Source: Squalus acanthias
Lineage: Eukaryota
Assembly: GCA_030390025.1 (NCBI GenBank)
Contig: JASTWF010000333.1
Span: 124,001-188,000 of the forward strand
Direction of reading: 5' to 3'
DNA: 64,000 bases
Part shown: piece by piece, positions 49,101 to 62,901 of the stretch
Position numbering within the stretch: position 1 is the first letter of the stretch
Layout: every line of letters starts with the position of its first letter
Notes under the pieces: generated by a model
Told to the model about the DNA's origin: nothing
Databases searched by the model: none
Seen by the model: the letters and a program-made list of their open reading frames with translations, nothing else
Program-made: the position numbers and the translations under genes

Positions 49101-52100
49101 CTTCTATCTCAACCGTGATCCTGCTATCTCTATCCATGATCCTGCTATCTCTACCCGTGATGCTGCTATCTCTACCCGTGATCCTTCTATCTCTACCTGT
49201 GATCCTGCTATCTCTACCTGTGATCCTTCTATCTCTACCCGTGATGCTGCTATCTCTACCCGTGATGCTGCTATCTCTACCCGTGATCCTGCTATCTCTA
49301 CCCGTGATGCTGCTATCTCTACCCGTGATGCTGCTATCTCTACCCGTGATGCTGCTATATCTACCTGTGATCCTTCTATCTCTACCTGTGATCCTGCTAT
49401 CTCTACCCGTGATGCTGCTATCTCTACCCGTGATGCTGCTATCTCTACCCGTGATGCTGCTATCTCTACCAGTGATCCTGCTATCTCTACCTGTGATCCT
49501 TCTATCTCTACCTGTGATCCTTCTATCTCTACCTGTGATCCTGCTATCTCTACCCGTGATCCTGCTATCTCTACCTGTGATCCTGCTATCTCTACCCGTG
49601 ATGCTGCTATCTCTACCCGTGATCTTTCTATCTCTGCCCGTGATCCTTCTATCTCTACCCGTGATCCTGCTATCTCTACCCGTGATCCTGCTATCTCTAC
49701 CCGTGATCCTGCTATCTCTACCCGTGACGCTGCTATCTCTACCCGTGATCCTGCTATCTCTACCCGTGATGCTGCTATCTCTACCCGTGATGCTGCTATC
49801 TCTACCTGTGATCCTGCTATCTCTACCTGTGATGCTGCTATCTCTACCCGTGATGCTGCTATCTCTAACTGTGATGCTGCTATCTCTACCCGTGATGCTG
49901 CTCTCTCTACCCGTGATCCTTCTATCTCTACCCGTGATCCTTCTATCTCTACCCGTGATCCTGCTATCTCTACCCGTGATGCTGCTGTCTCTACCTGTGA
50001 TCCTGCTATCTCTACCCGTGATTCTTCTATCTCTACCCGTGATGCTGCTATCTCTACCCGTGATGCTGCTATCTCTACCCGTGATCCTGCTATCTCTACC
50101 CGTGATCCTTCTATCTCTACCTGTGATCCTTCTATCTCTACCTGTGATCCTTCTATCTCTACCTTTGATCCTGCTATCTCTACCAGTGATGCTGCTATCT
50201 CTACCCGTGATGCTGCTATCTCTACCCGTGATGCTGTTATCTCTACCCGTGATGCTGCTATCTCTACCCATGATCCTGCTATCTCTACCCGTGATGCTGC
50301 TATCTCTACCCGTGATCCTTTTATCTCGTCCTGTGATCCTTCTATCTCTACCTGTGATCCTTCTATCTCCACCTGTGATCCTTCTATCTCTACCTGTGAT
50401 CCTGTTATCTCTACCCGTGATCCTGCTATCTCTACCCGTGATGCTGCTATCTCTACCCGTGATCCTTCTATCTCTACCTGTGATCCTGCTATCTCTACCT
50501 GTGATCCTGCTATCTCTACCCGTGATGCTGCTATCTCTACCCGTGATCCTTCACTCTCTACCCGTGATGCTGCTATCTCTACCTGTGATCCTGATATCTC
50601 GACCTGTGATCCTGCTATCTCTACCTGTGATCCTGCTATCTCTACCCGTGATCCTTCTATCTCTACCCGTGATGCTGCTATCTCTACCCGTGATGCTGCT
50701 ATCTCTACCCGTGATCCTTCTATCTCTACCCGTGATGCTGCTATCTCTACCTGTGATCCTGCTATCTCTACCTGTGATCCTGCTATCTCTACCTGTGATC
50801 CTGCTATCTCAACCCGTGATCCTGCTATCTCTACCCGTGATGCTGCTATCTCTACCCGTGATCCTTCTATCTCTACCCGTGACGCTGCTATCTCTACCCG
50901 TGATCCTGCTATCTCTACCTGTGATCCTGCTATCTCTACCTGTGATCCTTCTATCTCTACCCGTGACGCTGCTATCTCTACCTGTGATCCTGCTATCTCT
51001 ACCCGTGATCCTGCTATCTCTACCCGTGATGCTGCTATCTCTACCCGTGATCCTGCTATCTCTACCTGTGATCCTGCTATCTCTACCTGTGATCCTGCTA
51101 TCTCTACCTGTGATCCTTCTATCTCTACCTGTGATCATTCTATCTCTACCTGTGATCCTTCTATCTCTACCCGTGACGCTGCTATCTCTACCTGTGATCC
51201 TGCTATCTGTACCCGTGATGCTGCTATCTCTACCCGTGATCTTTCTATCTCTGCCCGTGATCCTGCTATCTCTACCCGTGACGCTGCTATCTCTACCCGT
51301 GATCCTGCTATCTCTACCCGTGATGCTGCTATCTCTACCCGTGATGCTGCTATCTCTACCTGTGATCCTGCTATCTCTACCTGTGATGCTGCTATCTCTA
51401 CCCGTGATGCTGCTATCTCTACCCGTGATTCTGCTATCTCTACCCGTGATCCTGCTATCTCTACCCGTGATCCTTCTATCTCTACCTGTGATCCTTCTAT
51501 CTCTACCTGTGATCCTTCTATCTCTACCTTTGATCCTGCTATCTCTACCAGTGCTGCTGCTATCTCTACCCGTGATGCTGCTATCTCTACCCGTGATGCT
51601 GCTATCTCTACCCGTGATGCTGCTATCTCTACCCATGATCCTGCTATCTCTACCCGTGATGCTGCTATCTCTACCCGTGATCCTTTTATCTCTACCTGTG
51701 ATCCTTCTATCTCTACCTGTGATCCTTCTATCTCTACCTGTGATCCTTCTATCTCTACCTGTGATCCTGCTATCTCTACCCGTGATCCTGCTATCTCTAC
51801 CCGTGATGCTGCTATCTCTACCCGTGATCCTTCTATCTCTACCTGTGATCCTGCTATCTCTACCTGTGATCCTGCTATCTCTACCCGTGATGCTGCTATC
51901 TCTACCCGTGATCCTTCTATCTCTACCCGTGACGCTGCTATCTCTACCCGTGATCCTTCTATCTCTACCTGTGATCCTTCTATCTCTACCCGTGACGCTG
52001 CTATCTCTACCCGTGATCCTTCTATCTCTACCTGTGATCCTGCTATCTCTACCTGTGATCCTGCTATCTCTACCCGTGATCCTGCTATCTCTACCCGTGA

Positions 52101-55100
52101 CGCTGCTATCTCTACCCGTGATCCTGCTATCTCTACCCGTGATGCTGCTATCTCTACCCGTGATGCTGCTATCTCTACCTGTGATCCTGCTATCTCTACC
52201 TGTGATGCTGCTATCTCTACCCGTGATGCTGCTATCTCTACCCGTGATGCTGCTATCTCTACCCGTGATCCTGCTATCTCTACCCGTGATCCTTCTATCT
52301 CTACCTGTGATCCTTCTATCTCTACCTGTGATCCTTCTATCTCTACCTTTGATCCTGCTATCTCTACCAGTGATGCTGCTATCTCTACCCGTGATGCTGC
52401 TATCTCTACCCGTGATGCTGCTATCTCTACCCATGATCCTTCTATCTCTACCCGTGACGCTGCTATCTCTACCTGTGATCCTTCTATCTCTACCTGTGAT
52501 CCTGCTATCTCTACCTGTGATCCTGCTATCTCTACCCGTGATCCTGCTATCTCTACCCGTGACGCTGCTATCTCTACCCGTGATCCTGCTATCTCTACCC
52601 GTGATGCTGCTATCTCTACCCGTGATGCTGCTATCTCTACCTGTGATCCTGCTATCTCTACCTGTGATGCTGCTATCTCTACCCGTGATGCTGCTATCTC
52701 TACCCGTGATGCTGCTATCTCTACCCGTGATCCTGCTATCTCTACCCGTGATCCTTCTATCTCTACCTGTGATCCTTCTATCTCTACCTGTGATCCTTCT
52801 ATCTCTACCTTTGATCCTGCTATCTCTACCAGTGATGCTGCTATCTCTACCCGTGATGCTGCTATCTCTACCCGTGATGCTGCTATCTCTACCCATGATC
52901 CTGCTATCTCTACCCGTGATGCTGCTATCTCTACCTGTGATCCTTTTATCTCTACCTGTGATCCTTCTATCTCTACCTGTGATCCTTCTATCTCTACCTG
53001 TGATCCTTCTATCTCTACCTGTGATCCTGCTATCTCTACCCTTGATCCTGCTATCTCTACCCGTGATGCTGCTATCTCTACCCGTGATCCTTCTATCTCT
53101 ACCTGTGATCCTGCTATCTCTACCTGTGATCCTGCTATCTCTACCCGTGATGCTGCTATCTCTACCCGTGATCCTTCTATCTCTACCCGTGATGCTGCTA
53201 TCTCTACCCGTGATCCTGCTATCTCTACCTGTGATCCTGCTATCTCTACCCGTGATCCTTCTATCTCTACCCGTGATGCTGCTATCTCTACCTGTGATCC
53301 TGCTATCTCTACCTGTGATGCTGCTATCTCTACCCGTGATCCTGCTATCTCTACCCGTGATGCTGCTATCTCTACCCGTGATCCTGCTATCTCTACCCGT
53401 GATCCTTCTATCTCTACCTATGATCCTGCTATCTCTACCTGTGATCCTGCTATCTCTACCCGTGATGCTGCTATCTCTACCCGTGATCCTTCTATCTCTA
53501 CCCGTGATGCTGCTATCTCTACCCGTGATCCTTCTATCTCTACCCGTGATCCTTCTATCTCTACCTGTGATCCTGCTATCTCTACCCGTGATCCTTCTAT
53601 CTCTACCCGTGATGCTGCTATCTCTACCCGTGATCCTTCTATCTCTACCCGTGATCCTTCTATCTCTACCCGTGATGCTGCTATCTCTACCCGTGATGCT
53701 GCTATCTCTACCCGTGATCCTTCTATCTCTACCCGTGATGCTGCTATCTCTACCTGTGATCCTGCTATCTCTACCTGTGATGCTGCTATCTCTACCCGTG
53801 ATCCTGCTATCTCTACCCGTGATCCTGCTATCTCTACCTGTGATCCTGCTATCTCTACCCCTGATGCTGCTATCTCTACCTGTGATCCTGCTATCTCTAC
53901 CTGTGATCCTGCTATCTCTACCCGTGATGCTGCTATCTCTACCCGTGATCCTTCTATCTCTACCCGTGACGCTGCTATCTCTCCCCGTGATCCTGCTATC
54001 TCTACCTGTGATCCTGCTATCTCTACCTGTGATCCTTCTATCTCTACCCGTGACGCTGCTATCTCTACCTGTGATCCTGCTATCTCTACCCGTGATCCTG
54101 CTATCTCTACCCGTGATGCTGCTATCTCTACCCGTGATCCTGCTATCTCTACCTGTGACCCTGCTATCTCTACCTGTGATCCTGCTATCTCTACCTGTGA
54201 TCCTTCTATCTCTACCCGTGATCTTGCTATCTCTACCTGTGATCCTTCTATCTCTACCCGTGATCCTGCTATCTCTACCCGTGACGCTGCTATCTCTACC
54301 CGTGATCCTGCTATCTCTACCCGTGATGCTGCTATCTCTACCTGTGATTCTGCTATCTCTACCTGTGATCTTTCTATCTCTACCCGTGATCCTGCTATCT
54401 CTACCTGTGATCCTGCTATCTCTACCTGTGATCCTGCTATCTCTACCCGTGATGCTGCTATCTCTACCCGTGATGCTGCTATCTCTACCCGTGATCCTGC
54501 TATCTCTACCCGTGATCCTGCTGTCTCTACCCGTGATCCTGATATCTCTACCTGTGATGCTGCTATCTCTACCTGTGATCTTTCTATCTCTACCCGTGAT
54601 GCTGCTATCTCTACCCGTGATCCTGCTATCTCTACCCGTGATCCTGCTATCTCTACCCGTGATCCTGCTATCTCTACCCGTGATGCTGCTATCTCTACCC
54701 GTGATCCTGCTATCTCTACCTGTGATCCTTCTATCTCTACCCGTGATCCTGCTATCTCTACCCGTGATCCTGCTATCTCTACCCGTGATCCTGCTATCTC
54801 TACCCGTGATGCTGCTATCTCTACCCGTGATGCTGCTATCTCTACCCGTGATCCTGCTATCTCTACCCGTGATCCTTCTATCTCTACCCATGATCCTGCT
54901 ATCTCTACCCGTGATGCTGCTATCTCTACCCGTGATCCTGCTATTTCTACCTGTGATCCTTCTATCTCTACCTGTGATCCTTCTATCTCTACCTGTGATC
55001 CTGCTATCTCTACCCGTGATCCTGCTATCTCTACCCATGATCCTGCTATCTCTACCTGTGATGCTGCTATCTCTACCCGTGTTCCTGCAATCTCTACCTG

Positions 55101-58100
55101 TGATCCTGCTATCTGTACCCGTGATCCTGCTATCTCTACCCATGATCCTGCTATCTCTACCCATGATCCTGCTATCTCTACCCGTGATCCTTCTATCTCT
55201 ACCCGTGATGCTGCTATCTCTACCCATGATCCTTCTATCTCTACCCGTGATCCTGCTATCTCTATCCATGATCCTGCTATCTCTACCCGTGATGCTGCTA
55301 TCTCTACCCGTGATCCTTCTATCTCTACCTGTGATCCTGCTATCTCTACCTGTGATCCTTCTATCTCTACCCGTGATCCTGCTATCTCTACCTGTGATCC
55401 TTCTATCTCTACCCGTGATGCTGCTATCTCTACCCGTGATCCTTCTATCTCTACCCGTGATGCTGCTATCTCTACCCGTGATCCTGCTATCTCTACCCGT
55501 GATGCTGCTATCTCTACCCGTGATCCTGCTATCTCTACCCGTGATGCTGCTATCTCTACCCGTGATCCTGCTATCTCTATCCATGATCCTGCTATCTCTA
55601 CCCGTGATGCTGCTATCTCTACCCGTGATCCTTCTATCTCTACCTGTGATCCTGCTATCTCTACCTGTGATCCTTCTATCTCTACCCGTGATGCTGCTAT
55701 CTCTACCAGTGATCCTGCTATCTCTACCCGTGATGCTGCTATCTCTACCTGTGATCCTTCTATCTCTACCTGTGATCCTGCTATCTCTACCCGTGATCCT
55801 GCTATCTCTACCCGTGATCCTGCTATCTCTACCCGTGACGCTGCTATCTCTACCTGTGATCCTGCTATCTGTACCCGTGATGCTGCTATCTCTACCCGTG
55901 ATCTTTCTATCTCTGCCCGTGATCCTTCTATCTCTACCCGTGATCCTGCTATCTCTACCCGTGATCCTGCTATCTCTACCCGTGACGCTGCTATCTCTAC
56001 CCGTGATCCTGCTATCTCTACCCGTGATGCTGCTATCTCTACCCGTGATGCTGCTATCTCTACCTGTGATCCTGCTATCTCTACCTGTGATGCTGCTATC
56101 TCTACCCGTGATGCTGCTATCTCTACCTGTGATGCTGCTATCTCTACCCGTGATGCTGCTATCTCTACCCGTGATCCTTCTATCTCTACCCGTGATCCTT
56201 CTATCTCTACCCGTGATCCTTCTATCTCTACCCGTGATCCTGCTATCTCTACCCGTGATGCTGCTGTCTCTACCTGTGATCCTGCTATCTCTACCCGTGA
56301 TTCTTCTATCTCTACCCGTGATGCTGCTGTCTCTACCCGTGATCCTTCTATCTCTACCCGTGATGCTGCTATCTCTACCCGTGATGCTGCTATCTCTACC
56401 CGTGATGCTGCTATCTCTACCCGTGATCCTGCTATCTCTACCCGTGATCCTTCTATCTCTACCTGTGATCCTTCTATCTCTACCTGTGATCCTTCTATCT
56501 CTACCTTTGATCCTGCTATCTCTACCAGTGATGCTGCTATCGCTACCCGTGATGCTGCTATCTCTACCCGTGATGCTGCTATCTCTACCCGTGATGCTGC
56601 TATCTCTACCCATGATCCTGCTATCTCTACCCGTGATGCTGCTATCTCTACCCGTGATCCTTTTATCTCTACCTGTGATCCTTCTATCTCTACCTGTGAT
56701 CCTTCTATCTCTACCTGTGATCCTTCTATCTCTACCTGTGATCCTGCTATCTCTACCCGTGATCCTGCTATCTCTACCCGTGATGCTGCTATCTCTACCC
56801 GTGATCCTTCTATCTCTACCTGTGATCCTGCTATCTCTACCTGTGATCCTGCTATCTCTACCCGTGATGCTGCTATCTCTACCCGTGATCCTTCTATCTC
56901 TACCTGTGATGCTGCTATCTCTACCTGTGATCCTGCTATCTCTACCTGTGATCCTGCTATCTCAACCCGTGATCCTTCTATCTCTACCCGTGATGCTGCT
57001 ATCTCTACCTGTGATCCTGCTATCTCTACCTGTGATGCTGCTATCTCTACCCGTGATCCTGCTATCTCTACCTGTGATCCTGCTATCTCTACCCGTGATG
57101 CTGCTATCTCTACCCGTGATCCTTCTATCTCTACTTGTGATCCTGCTATCTCTACCCATGATGCTGCTATCTCTACCCGTGATCCTTCTATCTCTACCCG
57201 TGATGCTGCTATCTCTACCCGTGATCCTTCTATCTCTACCCGTGATCCTTCTATCTCTACCTGTGATCCTGCTATCTCTACCTGTGATCCTTCTATCTCT
57301 ACCCGTGATGCTGCTATCTCTACCCGTGATCCTTCTATCTCTACCCGTGATCCTTCTATCTCTACCCGTGACCCTGCTATCTCTACCTGTGATCCTGCTA
57401 TCTCTACCCGTGATGCTGCTATCTCTACCCGTGATCCTGCTATCTCTACCCGTGATGCTGCTGTCTCTACCCGTGATCCTGATATCTCTACCTGTGATGC
57501 TGCTATCTCTACCTGTGATCTTTCTATCTCTACCCGTGATGCTGCTATCTCTACCCGTGATCCTGCTATCTCTACCCGTGATCCTGCTATCTCTACCCGT
57601 GATCCTGCTATCTCTACCCGTGATGCTGCTATCTCTACCCGTGATCCTGCTATCTCTACCTGTGATCCTTCTATCTCTACCCGTGATCCTGCTATCTCTA
57701 CCCGTGATCCTGCTATCTCTACCCGTGATCCTGCTATCTCTACCCGTGATGCTGCTATCTCTACCCGTGATGCTGCTATCTCTACCCGTGATCCTGCTAT
57801 CTCTACCCGTGATCCTTCTATCTCTACCCATGATCCTGCTATCTCTACCCGTGATGCTGCTATCTCTACCCGTGATCCTGCTATTTCTACCTGTGATCCT
57901 TCTATCTCTACCTGTGATCCTTCTATCTCTACCTGTGATCCTGCTATCTCTACCCGTGATCCTGCTATCTCTACCCATGATCCTGCTATCTCTACCTGTG
58001 ATGCTGCTATCTCTACCCGTGTTCCTGCAATCTCTACCTGTGATCCTGCTATCTGTACCCGTGATCCTGCTATCTCTACCCATGATCCTGCTATCTCTAC

Positions 58101-61100
58101 CCATGATCCTGCTATCTCTACCCGTGATCCTTCTATCTCTACCCGTGATGCTGCTATCTCTACCCATGATCCTTCTATCTCTACCCGTGATCCTGCTATC
58201 TCTATCCATGATCCTGCTATCTCTACCCGTGATGCTGCTATCTCTACCCGTGATCCTTCTATCTCTACCTGTGATCCTGCTATCTCTACCTGTGATCCTT
58301 CTATCTCTACCCGTGATCCTGCTATCTCTACCTGTGATCCTTCTATCTCTACCCGTGATGCTGCTATCTCTACCCGTGATCCTTCTATCTCTACCCGTGA
58401 TGCTGCTATCTCTACCCGTGATCCTGCTATCTCTACCCGTGATGCTGCTATCTCTACCCGTGATCCTGCTATCTCTACCCGTGATGCTGCTATCTCTACC
58501 CGTGATCCTGCTATCTCTATCCATGATCCTGCTATCTCTACCCGTGATGCTGCTATCTCTACCCGTGATCCTTCTATCTCTACCTGTGATCCTGCTATCT
58601 CTACCTGTGATCCTTCTATCTCTACCCGTGATGCTGCTATCTCTACCAGTGATCCTGCTATCTCTACCCGTGATGCTGCTATCTCTACCTGTGATCCTTC
58701 TATCTCTACCTGTGATCCTGCTATCTCTACCCGTGATCCTGCTATCTCTACCCGTGATCCTGCTATCTCTACCCGTGACGCTGCTATCTCTACCTGTGAT
58801 CCTGCTATCTGTACCCGTGATGCTGCTATCTCTACCCGTGATCTTTCTATCTCTGCCCGTGATCCTTCTATCTCTACCCGTGATCCTGCTATCTCTACCC
58901 GTGATCCTGCTATCTCTACCCGTGACGCTGCTATCTCTACCCGTGATCCTGCTATCTCTACCCGTGATGCTGCTATCTCTACCCGTGATGCTGCTATCTC
59001 TACCTGTGATCCTGCTATCTCTACCTGTGATGCTGCTATCTCTACCCGTGATGCTGCTATCTCTACCTGTGATGCTGCTATCTCTACCCGTGATGCTGCT
59101 ATCTCTACCCGTGATCCTTCTATCTCTACCCGTGATCCTTCTATCTCTACCCGTGATCCTTCTATCTCTACCCGTGATCCTGCTATCTCTACCCGTGATG
59201 CTGCTGTCTCTACCTGTGATCCTGCTATCTCTACCCGTGATTCTTCTATCTCTACCCGTGATGCTGCTGTCTCTACCCGTGATCCTTCTATCTCTACCCG
59301 TGATGCTGCTATCTCTACCCGTGATGCTGCTATCTCTACCCGTGATGCTGCTATCTCTACCCGTGATCCTGCTATCTCTACCCGTGATCCTTCTATCTCT
59401 ACCTGTGATCCTTCTATCTCTACCTGTGATCCTTCTATCTCTACCTTTGATCCTGCTATCTCTACCAGTGATGCTGCTATCGCTACCCGTGATGCTGCTA
59501 TCTCTACCCGTGATGCTGCTATCTCTACCCGTGATGCTGCTATCTCTACCCATGATCCTGCTATCTCTACCCGTGATGCTGCTATCTCTACCCGTGATCC
59601 TTTTATCTCTACCTGTGATCCTTCTATCTCTACCTGTGATCCTTCTATCTCTACCTGTGATCCTTCTATCTCTACCTGTGATCCTGCTATCTCTACCCGT
59701 GATCCTGCTATCTCTACCCGTGATGCTGCTATCTCTACCCGTGATCCTTCTATCTCTACCTGTGATCCTGCTATCTCTACCTGTGATCCTGCTATCTCTA
59801 CCCGTGATGCTGCTATCTCTACCCGTGATCCTTCTATCTCTACCTGTGATGCTGCTATCTCTACCTGTGATCCTGCTATCTCTACCTGTGATCCTGCTAT
59901 CTCAACCCGTGATCCTTCTATCTCTACCCGTGATGCTGCTATCTCTACCTGTGATCTTGCTATCTCTACCTGTGATGCTGCTATCTCTACCCGTGATCCT
60001 GCTATCTCTACCTGTGATCCTGCTATCTCTACCCGTGATGCTGCTATCTCTACCCGTGATCCTTCTATCTCTACTTGTGATCCTGCTATCTCTACCCATG
60101 ATGCTGCTATCTCTACCCGTGATCCTTCTATCTCTACCCGTGATGCTGCTATCTCTACCCGTGATCCTTCTATCTCTACCCGTGATCCTTCTATCTCTAC
60201 CTGTGATCCTGCTATCTCTACCTGTGATCCTTCTATCTCTACCCGTGATGCTGCTATCTCTACCCGTGATCCTTCTATCTCTACCCGTGATCCTTCTATC
60301 TCTACCCGTGACCCTGCTATCTCTACCTGTGATCCTGCTATCTCTACCCGTGATCCTTCTATCTCTACCTGTGATCCTTCTATCTCTACCCGTGATCCTG
60401 CTATCTCTACCTGTGATCCTTCTATCTCTACCCGTGATGCTGCTATCTCTACCCGTGATGCTGCTATCTCTACCTGTGATTCTGCTATCTCTACCTGTGA
60501 TCTTTCTATCTCTACCCGTGATCCTGCTATCTCTACCTGTGATCCTGCTATCTCTACCTGTGATCCTGCTATCTCTACCCGTGATGCTGCTATCTCTACC
60601 TGTGATCCTGCTATCTCTACCTGTGATCTTTCTATCTCTACCCGTGATCCTGCTATCTCTACCTGTGATCCTGCTATCTCTACCCGTGATGCTGCTATCT
60701 CTACCCGTGATCCTGCTATCTCTACCCGTGATCCTGATATCTCTACCTGTGATGCTGCTATCTCTACCCGTGATCCTGCTATCTCTACCCGTGATCCTGC
60801 TATCTCTACCCGTGATCCTGCTATCTCTACCCGTGATGCTGCTATCTCTACCCGTGATCCTGCTATCTCTACCTGTGATCCTTCTATCTCTACCCGTGAT
60901 CCTGCTATCTCTACCCGTGATCCTGCTATCTCTACCCGTGATCCTGCTATCTCTACCCGTGATGCTGCTATCTCTACCCGTGATCCTGCTATCTCTACCC
61001 GTGATCCTTCTATCTCTACCCATGATCCTGCTATCTCTACCTGTGATCCTGCTATCTCTACCCGTGATGCTGCTATCTCTACCCGTGATCCTGCTATCTC

Positions 61101-61211
61101 TACCCGTGATGCTGCTATCTCTACCCGTGATCCTGCTATCTCTACCTGTGATCCTGCTATCTCTACCCGTGCTCCTGCTATCTCTACCCGTGATGCTGCT
61201 GTCTCTACCCA
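40157..61211. repeat. ~21-kb satellite, ~1000 x 21-bp unit GTGAT(C/G)CT(G/T)CTATCTCTACC(C/T)
   Basis: Continuous tandem array with a single phase shift (a 20-bp unit near 49111) and higher-order duplications. Confidence 0.99.
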
Positions 61212-61550
61212 TCTTCTTCTTCTTAGGCAGTTGCTCGGAACCGAGGATGACTTGCTTCCACATTAAAAATGAGTTCGCAGGTGACTGATGAGTCCAATGC
61301 GGGACCTACAGTCTCTGTCACAGGTGGGGCAGACGGTGGTTGAAGGGGCGGGTGGGTGGGGTGCTTGGGTTGACGTGAGCTCCTTCCAGTGTTTGCGCTT
61401 GGCTTCCACTTGCTCCCGGTGAAGAGACTCGAGGTGTTCAGCACCTTCCCGGATGCTTCTCCTCCACTTTGAGCGGTCTTGGGCCAGGGATTCCCAGGTG
61501 TCGGAGGGGTTGTTGCACTTTTTCAAGGAGGCTTTGAGGGTGTCCTTGAA
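61212..61550 (-). mobile_element. 5'-truncated RTE-clade LINE 3' end
   Basis: FKDTLKASLKKC...WESLAQDRSKWR...CPTCDRDCRSRIGLISHLRTH (C2H2 finger), a short 3' UTR and an (AAG)n tail. Confidence 0.93.
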
Positions 61551-61641
61551 CTTTAAGGGCAAATGTTGCAAGAATTCTGCTATCTCTTCCCTCATTCTTG
61601 CTATCTCTATCCATGTTCCTGTCATCTCAGTCTATGCTCCT
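61549..61641 (+). repeat. 93-bp direct repeat, copy 2
   Basis: Matches 40064-40156. Confidence 0.92.
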
Positions 61642-62034
61642 GCATTCAATCAGTGTCTGGATGGATCCTGGAAGATTAAGTCTTCTCACTCCAGCCATCA
61701 CTAATGACAACTGTTCACTTTCCCAGGACACCTGCTAAACGCCACTACAATGAGATCTATTCTGTCACAGAGTCACCAAAGAAAAAAGTACTGGAACTCT
61801 GAAGGTACAGTTCAGGTGCCTGTTTGGTCCAAGGGTGCTCTAAAATATATTCCAGTAGCCTCTCAAGGATCATGGGGCTGTGTTGTATGCCACACAACTT
61901 TGCTTTAGAAAGAGGCCTCTTCTTGGAGTTACTAAAAGAAGGCGGCACCTAAAGGCTGTAGGGGGGGATCAGGTAGATGAGCAGCAGCATGAGGAGGGTG
62001 TGGAGAGCAACCTTCCAAACGCAAGGGAATATGA

Positions 62035-62207
62035 GCAGCGCTGCCGCTAAGCTGCGCAGCTGCATGGCCACGCAGCGGTCTGGAGGTCCCGCGCAGGTCG
62101 CTCACTGGCTTTTAAATGGGAGTAACCGCACGTGCATGAATATTTGAATGGGTTGCGCAGCCACTTAAAGGGACGGCGCATCCCCCAAAAAATTAAAGGG
62201 AACATTG
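62035..62207. mobile_element. Possible DNA-transposon (hAT-like) end fragment
   Basis: GC-rich block ending AAATTAAAGGGAACATTG (reverse complement CAATGTTCCC, hAT-like); the partner TIR is not seen. Confidence 0.3.
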
Positions 62208-62803
62208 AATACAAGCCAAGTTTATGCAACCTGTTCTCATAGCTTAACCCTTTATTAAATCCTTAAATTCTGCAGAAGCAACCATTGCCCATTATTGTGA
62301 TATCACACTTGACATCTCACAGCAGCTGCCTGCCTGAAACATGGAGCTGTTTCTTATCCTGAAAGATGCAATCCTTGTGGGCAGGTGCTCTGGGAGCAAA
62401 ATATGTGCAATCACTTTGAATTAGGCTATTTGAAAGCTCGCTGTACAGTAGAAATCATGTTGAACTTACTGTTTGATGCTGTGCTGTCTGACTAAACAAC
62501 ATAAGAACTTTCATCTGAATCATGCAATGTAAAGCTTAGATGATGCTTGAAAAACCCGCTGCAGTTTTCTGAAAGGAGCCAAAGGCAATGAAGCTCAATC
62601 CTAGTCTATCCTTTGCATATATTGACAGATTCAATATTTTTTTAAGCTTATTCCAAAGGTGAAGCATTGTCTCTACATTCATCTTGTTCCTTCTGATTGC
62701 CTATTGATGTGTTGGTAAAATACCTAATCCTGGAATAGAACACATCTTCCATCTCTCTGTCATGTGTGCATCCAGTCATGAAGATCCTCTTATTAGAATG
62801 AAA

Positions 62804-62901
62804 ATGAGAAGTCGCACAACACCAGGTTATAATCCAACAGATTTATTTAAAATTACAAGCTTTCGGAGCTATCGCCCCTTCGTCAGGTAAAGTTACAATG
62901 A
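62804..62901 (-). mobile_element. 98-bp Penelope-type mini-insertion with a hammerhead-like motif
   Basis: 14-bp TSD TTATTAGAATGAAA (62790-62803 / 62902-62915). The minus strand reads CTGACGA-A-GGGGC-GATA-GCTCC-GAAA-GCTTG followed by AATAAA. Confidence 0.75.

Noticed and set aside
40157..61211. CRISPR-like or antigenic-variation cassette array
   Set aside because: There are no unique spacers; it is a plain head-to-tail satellite in eukaryotic DNA.
40059..61288. Giant ORFs (3019, 3204, 4396, 1934 aa and others) as real proteins
   Set aside because: The 21-bp unit is a multiple of 3 and lacks stops in most frames. The ORFs overlap on both strands, encode only heptad repeats, and begin or end in LINE fragments.
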